The translations under genes were made by a program, and so were the position numbers. Source: Myxococcales bacterium (GTDB taxonomy: Bacteria > Myxococcota_A > UBA9042 > JABWCM01 > BTVJ01). From it: a DNA stretch of 24,387 nucleotides. The stretch covers positions 1-24,387 of the forward strand of contig BTVJ01000103.1 in assembly GCA_045863395.1 (NCBI GenBank), written 5' to 3'. Positions 9,203 through 20,426 of the stretch are shown piece by piece (position 1 is the first letter of the stretch; every line of letters starts with the position of its first letter). Under the pieces are notes generated by a model. The model was not told the DNA's origin. It did not search any database and was given only the letters and a program-made list of their open reading frames with translations.

Positions 9203-10156
9203 TCACCCTCTGAGGCCCTCGTCGTCCGCAAAGGCGATCCCCTCCCAGTCCCGGTCGAAGGGCAGCGCCAGCCGTGATTGCCGCGACGGCCCGTCGAAGA
9301 GCAGGCGCCCGGCCTCCGGCGTGGCGAACCGCGTCGGGTAGGTGACGGACTCGACGACCAGCTCCCAGGCGCGGCGGTCCAGGTCCTCGAAGGCCGCGAG
9401 GCGGGCCCGGTCGCGGTCGTCCCTGAGGTCGGCGAGCAGCCGGGCGACGCGGGCCGGGTCGAAACGGGTCGGCGTGAAGGCCCTGTCGCCCACGTCGGGC
9501 AGGGGCGCGTTGTCCCCCGTGCGCCAGAGCGACACCTCACCCTCCGCGGCGAACGGATCCACGATGACGCCGCCCAGCAGCACGTTGTAGTGCAGGTGCG
9601 GCGCCACCCACGGGAAGCCGACCAAGGCGTCTAGCCCCGAGTAGCCGGAGAGCGCGATGGGCTGCCCGCACGCGACCCGGTCGCCGACCGCCACCAGCGT
9701 CCGGGCCAGGTGGTGGTAGGTGGTGGCGAGGCCCCCGCCGTGCTCCACGTACAGCTTGAGGCCCCCGCGGTTGTACTCGCTGCGCACCGCAACGACGCGG
9801 CCAGCCGCGCAGGCCACGATGGGCGTGCCCGCCGGGGCCACGAAGTCCGTGCCGTTGTGGCTGTCATACGTCAGGCCGCGGCCCCGAAAGTCCCGCACCT
9901 GGGTGACGCGCACGGACCACCCCTCCGTGAGCGGGGTCGGCGTCCGGTTGTAGAGGTTGACCACCGGCACCCGGCGGTCGAGCAGGCGGCGCCCAAGCCA
10001 CGTCGCGACGCCGAGCCGCGGCGTGAAGATGCGCAGGGAGCTCACGCCGAAGCGGGAGCCGGGCAGAGTGGGGTCGCCCCGCAGCGCCAGCCACGCCTGG
10101 GCAGGGGCCTCTGGGGTCAGGCCGAGGATCTCGCGGAGCGTCAGTGGTTCGTTCAT
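9203..10156 (-). CDS. M23 family metallopeptidase
   Basis: HNGTD (HxxxD), YHHL and PHLHY zinc motifs. Start placed at ATG 10156 (MNEPLTL); the upstream part of the 694-aa ORF is a shadow frame. Confidence 0.88.
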   Translation of the reverse strand: MNEPLTLREILGLTPEAPAQAWLALRGDPTLPGSRFGVSSLRIFTPRLGVATWLGRRLLDRRVPVVNLYNRTPTPLTEGWSVRVTQVRDFRGRGLTYDSHNGTDFVAPAGTPIVACAAGRVVAVRSEYNRGGLKLYVEHGGGLATTYHHLARTLVAVGDRVACGQPIALSGYSGLDALVGFPWVAPHLHYNVLLGGVIVDPFAAEGEVSLWRTGDNAPLPDVGDRAFTPTRFDPARVARLLADLRDDRDRARLAAFEDLDRRAWELVVESVTYPTRFATPEAGRLLFDGPSRQSRLALPFDRDWEGIAFADDEGLRG

Positions 10157-10188
10157 CCGGCGGAGTGTGGGCTGCCGTGGCGCCCGGG

Positions 10189-11157
10189 TCAAGGCGCGTG
10201 GAGCCAGTCGGTGATCGGCTGGAACACGGTGGTCGGGGCCTCGTGCCCCACGAAGAGGTCGGCGTGGGCGTACCAGGTCTGCTCGTCGCCCACCTTCAGG
10301 ACCGAGACGGGGCCGCCCCAGGCGTCGCGGGCGGCGAGGGCGGAGCTCTCGGGGACGATGCCATCGCGGTTGGAGATGACGACCAGGAGCGGTCGCCGCT
10401 CGGCGCCGAGGGCGTCGGTGACGTTGCGGCCGGCGAGCACCATGTCCCGGGACTTCATCCACAGCGCGATGTCCTGGTTCACCCGCGGGTGCGGGTCGTC
10501 CACGGTGCGCGTGAGCTCCCCCGCGGCGCGCAGGTCGACATTGGCCGTGTTCATGTAGATGGAGAGGATCGGGGTGCGAGCCAGCAGCGGCAGCGCCGCC
10601 CGGGCGAGGCGCTGGGTGCCCGCCAGCGGGACGCGCCCGACGAGCCACGGCGACGAGAACGCCACCTTCAGGATGGGGTGGATCTCGGTCCACCGGAGCG
10701 GCGCCCCGATGGACACCACCTTTGCGACGCGGGTGTCTGGCACGAGCGCCAGGTGCGCGTAGATCAGGGATCCGCCGAGGCTCGCGCCGATGAGGTCGAC
10801 GGCGCTGGCGCCCGTCCGCGTAGCGGCAAGCACACCGTCGATGACGGCCGGGATGTCGGTGTCCGCGTAGGCGCGCAGCGACGGCCCACCGGGAGACGGG
10901 CGCGAGGGGCGCGACGGCCCCTGACGCCGCAGGTTGACGCTCCAGACCTCGAGGCCGGCGAGGGCGAAGTGCCGCTCCATGGACGTGCCGCGCGGGTGGA
11001 AGCCGAAGATGAAGGAGTTCATGCCGTAGCCGGGCACGATGATCGCCGGGCGCGAGCCGGGCACGAGGCGACCCGGCGCCCAGGTCTGCTTCAGGTGCAG
11101 GAGCCACCCGTCGCCGTTCGGCGCCCAGTGCTCGGTGATGACCAGGTCCTGTCCCAT
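10189..11157 (-). CDS. Alpha/beta fold hydrolase (lipase/PhaC-like)
   Basis: Nucleophile elbow GASLGG, acid residue in NRDGIVP and histidine in YAHADL; GGAGGT RBS before ATG 11157. Confidence 0.9.
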   Translation of the reverse strand: MGQDLVITEHWAPNGDGWLLHLKQTWAPGRLVPGSRPAIIVPGYGMNSFIFGFHPRGTSMERHFALAGLEVWSVNLRRQGPSRPSRPSPGGPSLRAYADTDIPAVIDGVLAATRTGASAVDLIGASLGGSLIYAHLALVPDTRVAKVVSIGAPLRWTEIHPILKVAFSSPWLVGRVPLAGTQRLARAALPLLARTPILSIYMNTANVDLRAAGELTRTVDDPHPRVNQDIALWMKSRDMVLAGRNVTDALGAERRPLLVVISNRDGIVPESSALAARDAWGGPVSVLKVGDEQTWYAHADLFVGHEAPTTVFQPITDWLHAP

Positions 11158-11285
11158 GCGCACCTCCCGGCCGGGAGCATACGCCCGCGCACGAGGCGAT
11201 GAAAGCGCGCGGGCAACGGTGCCCTTCCGCCCGGTCCGACCCTTGGTGTATGGTGGCGCCGCGCGACCGGCGCGCGGAGGTGACC

Positions 11286-12892
<1,607 letters not shown>

Positions 12893-12896
<4 letters not shown>

Positions 12897-14884
12897 GCAC
12901 CATCACGAAGATCCTGGTGGCAAACCGCGGCGAGATCGCCATCCGGGTGATGCGCACCTGCCGCGAGCTGGGGATCGCCACCGTCGCCGTGTTCTCTGAC
13001 GCCGACGCAGGGGCGGCGCACGTGCGCGCAGCCGACGAGGCCGTGCGCATCGGGCCTGCCCCGGCGAGCGAGTCCTACCTCGTCACCGCGCGCCTGCTGG
13101 ACGCGGCGCGCCGGACCGGGGCCGACGCGATCCACCCCGGCTACGGGTTCCTGAGCGAGAACGCTGTCTTCGCCGAGGCTGTGGAGGGGTCGGGGCTCGT
13201 CTTCATCGGCCCTCGGCCGGACTCCATCCGCGCCATGGGCAGCAAGGCGGAGGCAAAGCGCCTGATGGCCGCGGCCGGTGTGCCCGTGATCCCCGGGTGG
13301 CACGGGGAGGAGCAGGAGACCGGCGCCCTCGTCCAGCGGGCGCGGGAGGTCGGCTTCCCCCTCCTGGTGAAGGCCAGCGCGGGCGGTGGCGGCAAGGGCA
13401 TGCGGCTCGTGCGAGACGCCGCCCACCTGGAGCGCGACCTGGACGCGGCGCGGCGGGAGGCGGAGAAGGCCTTCGGCGACGGCACCCTGCTCCTCGAGCG
13501 CTACATCGAGGACCCGCGCCACATCGAGTTCCAGATCCTCGGAGACTCCCACGGCAACCTGGTCCACCTGTTCGAGCGGGAGTGCTCCATCCAGCGGCGC
13601 CACCAGAAGATCGTCGAGGAGACTCCCTCGGTGGCCCTCACGCCAGCCCTGCGGGCGCGAATGGGGGAGGTGGCCGTGGCGGCCGGCCGGGCGATCCGCT
13701 ACCGGGGCGCAGGCACCGTCGAGATGATCCTGGCCCCGGGCGGCGAGTTCTACTTCCTCGAGGTCAACACCCGCCTCCAGGTGGAGCACCCGGTCACGGA
13801 GCTGGTCACGGGGATCGACCTCGTGCGGGAGCAGATTCGCGTCGCGCGGGGCGAGCTCCTGGGCTACGGGCAGGAGTCTCTCTTGCAGACGGGGGCCGCC
13901 GTCGAGGCCCGGATCTACGCGGAGGACCCGGCGACAGGATTCCTCCCTGCCGCGGGCTCCATCGTGGACTGGCACTTCCCGCCCGCGCCAGGGCTCCGGG
14001 TGGACGCGGGTGTCGAGACCGGCTCGGAGGTCGGCATCTGGTACGACCCCATGCTGGCCAAGGTCATCGCTCACGGAAGAGACCGGCAGGAGGCGACGGC
14101 GAGACTCGCCCGGGCGCTGGAGCAGGCGTCGATCCTGGGTGTGACGACCAATCAGGCATTCCTCGTCTCTCTTCTACGCCACCCCGAGTATCTGGCGGGG
14201 CACGTCGACACCCACTTCATCGACCGGCACTGGGGGCCGCAGCCGGCGCTGCCCCACGACGGGGAACGTCTGCGCCAAGCGACCATCGCCGCGGCCGTTG
14301 CCGGGTGCCTGGACCGGCGAGCGACGCGTCTGCTCCCGGCCCTGCCCGCCGGGTGGAGGAACAACGCCTCCCAGCGCCAGACCGTGAGCTACTCCGCGGG
14401 GGGCGCCACCCTGGACGTCGCCTATGAAGATCGAGGCGCTGCGCTGCGCGTCCGGGTCGGGGACACCGACGCGGACGTACGGGTCATCGACCACGCTGCA
14501 CCATCGCTCACTCTGGAGGTGGACGGCGTGCGCCGTACCATGCGCGTCGTCCGGGACGGCGCGCGAGTCTGGGTGCATGCCCTGGGCAGCGCCGTCGCCC
14601 TGGAGGAAGTACCGCGCTTTCCGGAGGGCGCCGACCACGAGGCGGCCGGCGGCTGTCACGCGCCGATGCCGGGCAAGGTGCTCCGAGTCTTCGTCGCGGA
14701 GGGTGACGTCGTGGCGGCCGGCCAGACGGTGGTCACCCTGGAGGCCATGAAGATGGAGCACGCGGTCACGGCGCCCGTCGCCGCGGTCGTGGCGCGGGTG
14801 CTGGTCCAGGCCGGCGACCAGGTGGACGCGGACGCGCCCCTCGTGGAGCTGGAGCCTGTGGATGCCGGGGGCACCGGGACCTGA
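12893..14884 (+). CDS. Acyl-CoA carboxylase alpha subunit (biotin carboxylase plus biotin carrier domain)
   Basis: [41 protein letters not shown] and biotinylation motif EAMKM. TTG start overlaps the beta-subunit TGA. Confidence 0.95.
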
Positions 14885-14968
14885 AGTCTTGTGGCCTCGC
14901 CCCCCGTCCCTTACACTTCTGGACTCGTTTGTCTCGTTTCTGTGCAGGGGGCGAACCGGCGAGGGACC

Positions 14969-17380
14969 ATGGGACTGACAGAGCGTGAGCGGCAGATCGC
15001 GGTGGCGGTGGCCCAGGCTGCGATGCCTCCGGGGGCGGTGCTGCCCGGCGCCGGAGAGACCGCGGTGGCGAGGGTCGAGGCGGCGGTGGCCCTCGCGCCC
15101 GGCGCGCCCCAGGCGCTGCGCGCGGGGCTCTGGGCCCTGGAGCTGGCGCCTCTGGCGCGGGGTGGCGTCCCCTTCACTCGCCTCACCGCCGAGGACCGGG
15201 AGGCCGCGCTCCACCGCTGGGCCGATGGCGAAATCTCGCGCCAGCTCCTGCGCCTCCTCGTCACTCCCCTGAAGCTCGGCGGGCTGAGCGACGAGGGGGT
15301 CTACCGGGCCCTCGGGTGCCGCTGGGCGGTAGAGCCGCCGGCCCCGGAGCGCCCCCCGCGCTGGCGCCAGAACCTCGTCGACGGCAGCAGCGTCGCCGGC
15401 GAGACCCTGGAGTGCGACGTGGTGGTGGTCGGCACGGGCGCAGGCGGCGCACCGGTCGCGCGCGAGCTGGCGGAGCGAGGCCACGCCGTCCTGATGCTCG
15501 AGGAGGGTGCCTACTACGAGCGCAAGGACTTCACGGGCCGCCCCCTGGACATGCAGCGCCGTATGTACCGGGACGCGGGCTTCACCATGGCCTTCGGCAA
15601 CGCGGTGATCCCCATCCCCATCGGGCGCACGGTGGGGGGGACCACCACCATCAACTCCGGCACCTGCTTCCGCGCGCCGGCGCAGACCCTGGCGCGCTGG
15701 CGCGAGGCGGGCCTCTCGGAGATGACCGAGGAGCACCTGGAGCCGTACTTCCGCCGGGTGGAGCAGATGCTCCAGGTGACCCCCGCCGCCATGCGGTACG
15801 TGGGCAAGCCGGGCGAGGTCATCGCGCGGGGGTGCGACGCGCTGGGCTACTCCCACGGACCCCTCCCGCGCAACGCCCCCGACTGCGACGGCCAGGGCCT
15901 CTGCTGCTTCGGCTGCCCGACGGACGCCAAGCGCTCGACCAATGTGTCCTACGTGCCGCGCGCCCTGAGCGCGGGCGCCCAGGTCATCACGGGCGTGAAG
16001 GTCGAGCGCGTGGAGACGCGCGGAGGCACCGCCGTCGGCGTCCGAGGGGTCGTCCGCACGCCGTCGGGCGAGGCGCCGCTGGCGGTGCGCGCCCGGGTCG
16101 TGGTCCTCGCCTGCGGCACGCTCCACACCCCGACGCTGCTCCTGAAGAACGGCCTGGCGAACGGGTCGGGGCAGGTGGGCCGCAACCTGTCCATCCACCC
16201 GGCCTCCCACGCGCTGGCGCTCTTCGACGAGGAGATCCGCGGCTGGAGCACCATCCCCCAGGGCTACGCCATCCACGAGCTGGAGTCGGAGGGGATCCTG
16301 TTCGAGGGCGCCACCGCCCCTTTCGAGATGCTCGCCTCCCTGCTCGACCTCCACGGGCGGCGCTTCACCGAGGTCGTGGAGCAGTTCAACCAGGTGGCGG
16401 CCTTCGGGTTCATGATCAAGGACACCTCCCGCGGGCGGGTGCGGGTCGGGCCGGGTGGGCGCCCGCTGCTGACCTACTGGATGCGAGACGCCGACGTCCA
16501 CGCCATGCAGCGCGGCATGGCCTTCCTGGCGCGGGTGTACCTGGCGGCCGGCGCCAGGGAGGTCTACCCGGGCCTCTGGGGCCACGACGTCCTGCGGACC
16601 CGCGACGACGTCGAGCGCATGGCCACGGCACGTGTGGCGGCGCGCCACTTCGACATCTCGGCGTATCACCCGCTCGGGACGTGCCGCATGGGAAGAGACT
16701 CCCGCGCCTCGGTGGTCTCCCCCACGGGCGAGACCCACGACGTGCGAAACCTCTGGATCACCGACGGCTCCGCGCTCCCGAGCAGCCTCGGGGTGAACCC
16801 CCAGGTCACCATCATGGCGCTGTCGACCCGCGCGGCAGACCTCGTCGAGCGACGCCTGGAGCAGCCTGAGCGCCAGCGAGAGTCTCCGCCGCAGACGGCT
16901 CGGGGCCTGGCCTTCGCCGAGACCATGTCGGGCACCCACACCCTTCGTTCGGGTCCGCGTGGCGGTCAGGAGCTGCCCTTCTCCTTCACCGTCCAGGCCC
17001 GGAGCCGCACGATCCCCGACTTCCTCGGGGTCCGCGGCGGCACCATCGCGCTCGACGGAGAGGTGCGGGCCTCTGGCCTGGCCGAGCGCGCCGCGCTGAC
17101 CGGGACGCTGCGAATCAGGGCAACGGCTCGCCGCGGGTTGCTGACCTACGACTTCACGTTCCGCGGTGACGACGGCCTGGAGTATCGCTTCCACGGAGAG
17201 AAGCACCGCACGTGGAGCCCCCTCGAGTCCCTGACGACGCTCTACGGCAAGGTCACTACGGCAGCGGGTGAGACCGTCTCGACGGGGATCACCCGGTTCG
17301 AGCTGCGCGACCTGCCGTCCTTCTTGCGGAGCTACCGCGTCACCCGGCCCAGCGCCCCGCGTGGGCCCCTGCCCGCCTGA
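14969..17380 (+). CDS. GMC family FAD oxidoreductase (long-chain alcohol oxidase-like) with an extra C-terminal beta-rich domain
   Basis: DVVVVGTGAGG, GRTVGGTTTINSG, Cys motif CDGQGLCCFGCP, AYHPLGTCRMG and GVNPQVTIMAL. About 165 extra residues follow, starting near GLAFAETMSG. GAGGG RBS before ATG 14969. Confidence 0.92.
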   Translation: MGLTERERQIAVAVAQAAMPPGAVLPGAGETAVARVEAAVALAPGAPQALRAGLWALELAPLARGGVPFTRLTAEDREAALHRWADGEISRQLLRLLVTPLKLGGLSDEGVYRALGCRWAVEPPAPERPPRWRQNLVDGSSVAGETLECDVVVVGTGAGGAPVARELAERGHAVLMLEEGAYYERKDFTGRPLDMQRRMYRDAGFTMAFGNAVIPIPIGRTVGGTTTINSGTCFRAPAQTLARWREAGLSEMTEEHLEPYFRRVEQMLQVTPAAMRYVGKPGEVIARGCDALGYSHGPLPRNAPDCDGQGLCCFGCPTDAKRSTNVSYVPRALSAGAQVITGVKVERVETRGGTAVGVRGVVRTPSGEAPLAVRARVVVLACGTLHTPTLLLKNGLANGSGQVGRNLSIHPASHALALFDEEIRGWSTIPQGYAIHELESEGILFEGATAPFEMLASLLDLHGRRFTEVVEQFNQVAAFGFMIKDTSRGRVRVGPGGRPLLTYWMRDADVHAMQRGMAFLARVYLAAGAREVYPGLWGHDVLRTRDDVERMATARVAARHFDISAYHPLGTCRMGRDSRASVVSPTGETHDVRNLWITDGSALPSSLGVNPQVTIMALSTRAADLVERRLEQPERQRESPPQTARGLAFAETMSGTHTLRSGPRGGQELPFSFTVQARSRTIPDFLGVRGGTIALDGEVRASGLAERAALTGTLRIRATARRGLLTYDFTFRGDDGLEYRFHGEKHRTWSPLESLTTLYGKVTTAAGETVSTGITRFELRDLPSFLRSYRVTRPSAPRGPLPA

Positions 17381-17631
17381 CGCCGGCGCCTGCCCCACGG
17401 TCTTGCCGGCGCGCCCGCCCTCGGGTGGGAGGCCCCCCCACCGTGGCGTGGCTCCATGCTGCCCACTGCCTTGGTCATCGTCTTGGCCACGGTGACCTGT
17501 CGGGACGACACGCTCTCCCCTCGCGACCGGCCCCACGCCAGCGCGGGTCGTCCGCCGACGGCGTGATCGCGGCGCGAGGACCGGCTCCGGGTACTGCGAG
17601 GCGCAGCGACGTGTGCTAGGCTCCGCGCGCC

Positions 17632-19161
17632 ATGCTGGAGCCCACCCCCACTGCCTGGTTGTTCGCCGTCATCGGGATCCTGATCGGGATCAGCGTCCTG
17701 CTGAGCCGGGCCTCCGGGCGCCTCGGGCTCCCGCTGGCGCTGGTGTTCATGGTCGTCGGCATGTTGGCGGGGTCCGAGGGCATCGGGGGGGTCCACTTCG
17801 ACGACTACGCGTTCGCCTTCCGCATGGGGACCGCCGCCCTGGTGCTCATCCTCTTCGACGGAGGCCTGAACACGCCCATCGGCCAGATTCGGGAGGCGCT
17901 GGCACCTGCCGCCGTGTTGGCCACCTTCGGTGTCATCGGGACCGCCGTGGTCCTGGCGGTCGGAGTCCACACCCTCCTCGGCCTCGAGTGGCCGGAGGCG
18001 TTGTTGCTCGGCGCGGTCGTCTCCTCCACCGACGCCGCGGCCGTGTTCGCGATCCTGCGGGGCAGCGGCCTCCACCTGCGCCGCCCCCTGGGCTCGGTGC
18101 TCGAGCTGGAGTCGGGCGTCAACGACCCCATGGCCGTCATCCTGACCATCAGCCTGACGACCGTCATGAGCAGCGGAGACGACGCGCCGGTTCTCGGGCT
18201 GCTGCTCGACGTCGGCGTCCAGCTCGTGGTCGGCCTCGTCCTCGGGGCGGGGATTGGCCACTTGACGCGCCTGCTGCTGTGCCGGGTGCGGGTCTCGGCC
18301 GGTGGCCTCTACCCCGTGCTGACCATCGCCCTCGCGCTCGTGGCCTTTGGCGTGCCGACGTTGTTCCTGGGCAGCGGGTTCCTCGCCGTGTACGTGGCGG
18401 CCGTCATCATCGGCAACGGCGACATCCCCTACCGCTCGGGCGTGCTCCGGGTCCACGACGCCATGGCGTGGCTCAGCCAGGTGGGGATGTTCCTGATGCT
18501 CGGCCTGCTCGCCTTCCCGTCGGAGCTCGCCGAGGTCGCCGGAGAGGGCTTCGCGGTGGCTGCCATGCTGACCCTGGTCGCACGCCCCGTCGTCGTGTGG
18601 CTCCTCACGCTCCCGTTCCGCCGGCCGCTCCGCGAGGTCGCCTACCTGGGCTGGGTCGGCCTGCGCGGGGCCGTCCCCATCATCCTGGCGACCTTCCCGG
18701 TGATGTACGACGTACCGGGCGCCCACCGCATCTTCAACCTCGTGTTCTTCGTGGTGGTTCTGAGCGCCCTGGTCCCCGGGGCGACCGTCCCGTGGGTCAC
18801 CCGCCGCCTCGGCCTGGTCGCGCCCGTCCCACCCACGCCCCCCGCGGCCCTCGAGATCCACTCCACCACCCCGCTGAACGGGCGCATCGAGTGGTTCCAC
18901 ATCGCCGAGGGTCACCCCCTCATCGGGCGCGACCTCGCGTCGCTCCCCTTCCCGCCGAGCTCGTCGGTGCTGCTCGTGGTCCGGGGCGCGTCGCTGGTCG
19001 TCGCCAAGGGACGCACGGTCATCCAGGCCGGCGACCACATGCACGTCTTCGGCCCGGACGAGGACCTGCCCGCTCTCACCGCCCTTCTCGGCCCTCAGAC
19101 CCCGCCTCCCCTTGCCACCTCAGAGCCGGCCACCGAGCCGGGCCCCGACCCGGAGCTCTGA
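17632..19161 (+). CDS. cvrA: Potassium/proton antiporter (CPA1, CvrA/NhaP2-type) with C-terminal TrkA-C domain
   Basis: GMLAGSEGIGG, LILFDGGL, SSTDAAAVF, LELESGVNDPMAV and WVGLRGAVPIILATFP motifs. Confidence 0.9.
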   Translation: MLEPTPTAWLFAVIGILIGISVLLSRASGRLGLPLALVFMVVGMLAGSEGIGGVHFDDYAFAFRMGTAALVLILFDGGLNTPIGQIREALAPAAVLATFGVIGTAVVLAVGVHTLLGLEWPEALLLGAVVSSTDAAAVFAILRGSGLHLRRPLGSVLELESGVNDPMAVILTISLTTVMSSGDDAPVLGLLLDVGVQLVVGLVLGAGIGHLTRLLLCRVRVSAGGLYPVLTIALALVAFGVPTLFLGSGFLAVYVAAVIIGNGDIPYRSGVLRVHDAMAWLSQVGMFLMLGLLAFPSELAEVAGEGFAVAAMLTLVARPVVVWLLTLPFRRPLREVAYLGWVGLRGAVPIILATFPVMYDVPGAHRIFNLVFFVVVLSALVPGATVPWVTRRLGLVAPVPPTPPAALEIHSTTPLNGRIEWFHIAEGHPLIGRDLASLPFPPSSSVLLVVRGASLVVAKGRTVIQAGDHMHVFGPDEDLPALTALLGPQTPPPLATSEPATEPGPDPEL

Positions 19162-19245
19162 CCCGGCCCAGCGTCGGAGGATCCTGCCCGTGCGACGAGG
19201 CACCCGGACCGCCTGTGGCCGGGCGCCGACGGCCACCCCGAGTGG

Positions 19246-19314
19246 GTAGGGTCAAGCCGACTCAAAAATGGGAGGGGCCGAGCGGGGGGTCGAGCGAGGG
19301 GTCAAGCCAACTCA
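19246..19314. repeat. Short GGG(T/C)C(A/G)AGC repeats in a convergent intergenic region
   Basis: 12-mers GTAGGGTCAAGC (19246), GAGGGGCCGAGC (19272), GGGGGGTCGAGC (19284) and GAGGGGTCAAGC (19296). A 16-bp direct repeat GGGTCAAGCCRACTCA lies at 19249 and 19299. Confidence 0.65.
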
Positions 19315-19396
19315 CATCTCACTTCGGACGTCGGCGGGCCTCGATTGACGGTGGGAGATCGAGCCGCGCCAATGGGAGCACTTCGGGCCGTCCCGG

Positions 19397-19954
19397 TCAG
19401 TGCGCGTGGTGCCCGCCGTGGCCGCCCAGCGCATCTTCGACCTCCTTTGCCGTCGCCCTCGCGTCCAGCACCGGGAGCAGCACCTCCTCTTCCTTCTCGA
19501 AGTGCGCTTCGATGATGCCCAGCAGGCGATCAGCGCTCCTCGCAAACCCCGTTGCGTCCGCCTTCCCGTTGGCCATGTCCTCGAGCGCCTCGATCTTCTT
19601 GCCGATGATCCCGTGCTCCCAGCGCATCGTGTCCGTGTACCTCAGCGCTCCATCGTGCGCGTACCGGTCGACCAGCGGGTAGAGCCTCGCCTCCTCCACC
19701 TTGGCGTGCTCGCCGATGTGCTCCCTCAAGAAGGCCGTCACGCGCTTCATGATGGCCTCCCTCTCCGCCTGCGGCTTCGTGTCCAGCGAGCCCACCCACT
19801 CCTTCACGTGGCCCAGGTGCACCTGCAGCTCCTTGTGCGTGTCCCGGAACACCTGCGTTGGTCGTGCTCCGGGCTCGGCTGCGAGGGCCGCGCCGCACCA
19901 CAGCGTGGCAAGCAGCGATGCGAGGGAGAGGGTGCGAGATCTCGTTGCGTTCAT
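19397..19954 (-). CDS. Hemerythrin (HHE) domain protein with N-terminal signal peptide
   Basis: H...HAKVEE...EH...HFEKEE..LLP hemerythrin ligands. MNATRSRTLSLASLLATLWCGAALA looks like a Sec signal. GGAGG RBS before ATG 19954; His-rich tail GGHGGHHAH. Confidence 0.88.
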   Translation of the reverse strand: MNATRSRTLSLASLLATLWCGAALAAEPGARPTQVFRDTHKELQVHLGHVKEWVGSLDTKPQAEREAIMKRVTAFLREHIGEHAKVEEARLYPLVDRYAHDGALRYTDTMRWEHGIIGKKIEALEDMANGKADATGFARSADRLLGIIEAHFEKEEEVLLPVLDARATAKEVEDALGGHGGHHAH

Positions 19955-19964
19955 TGCGTCCTCC

Positions 19965-19992
19965 GTAAATTGGATATCCATGACCGATTTAC
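19965..19992. promoter_or_regulatory. AT-rich imperfect inverted repeat upstream of the hemerythrin gene (putative repressor site)
   Basis: GTAAATTGGATA-tcca-TGACCGATTTAC, with 9 of 12 arm positions complementary, abutting the RBS. Confidence 0.55.
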
Positions 19993-20393
19993 CAAGGTCC
20001 GACCCTGGAGACGCTATTCCCGGGGCCGCCTGCCGCCGGCCGGCGTCGTGGAGTCAGCCGGACCCCGCAACCGTAGGCGTAGTCACGGGGGTCACCGCCG
20101 CCCCACTCGGCGTGGTGCGCATCATCGGCGCCGCGCAGTCCATACTGGCACTGGGTCTCGCTGCAGCCCTCTGCGCGGCAGTTCTGGTCCACTGCCTCAC
20201 GGGCGAGCTCGGGCTCCTCACGTCGTTCCCCCGCGCAGAGGCCGCCGTGGTCGCCGTGACGCTCTTCGGACTGGCGGCCCGCATCGAGGCGGTGGGCCTC
20301 GGGGCCGTCGCTGGGGTCGACCTCGGGGGCATCACCAGGCACGCGAGGGACTGAGCAGAGGAGAGTACGGAGACGGTCCCGCCGGCCCGCGCC

Positions 20394-20423
20394 TTGACGA
20401 TGCACGGCGAACGCCTGTAGGGT
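20394..20423 (+). promoter_or_regulatory. sigma70-like promoter for the putative ncRNA
   Basis: TTGACG (20394-20399), 18-bp spacer, TAGGGT (20418-20423). The predicted start near 20429-20430 coincides with the 5' strand of the closing stem. Confidence 0.55.
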
Positions 20424-20426
20424 TCG

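Noticed and set aside
14174..17536. 1120-aa minus-strand ORF, and similar long ORFs 19400-22399, 17613-19682, 5878-7875 and 17332-19044
   Set aside because: These are shadow ORFs typical of high-GC DNA. They overlap well-supported genes, are Arg/Gly/Pro-rich and have no motifs.
19246..19314. Mini CRISPR array
   Set aside because: The repeats are only 12-16 bp with no regular unique spacers, and there are no cas genes.
20055..20080. Cobalamin riboswitch-like fragment GACCCCGCAACCGTA
   Set aside because: It lacks the upstream GGGAA element and a correctly placed B12 box, and no cobalamin-related gene follows.
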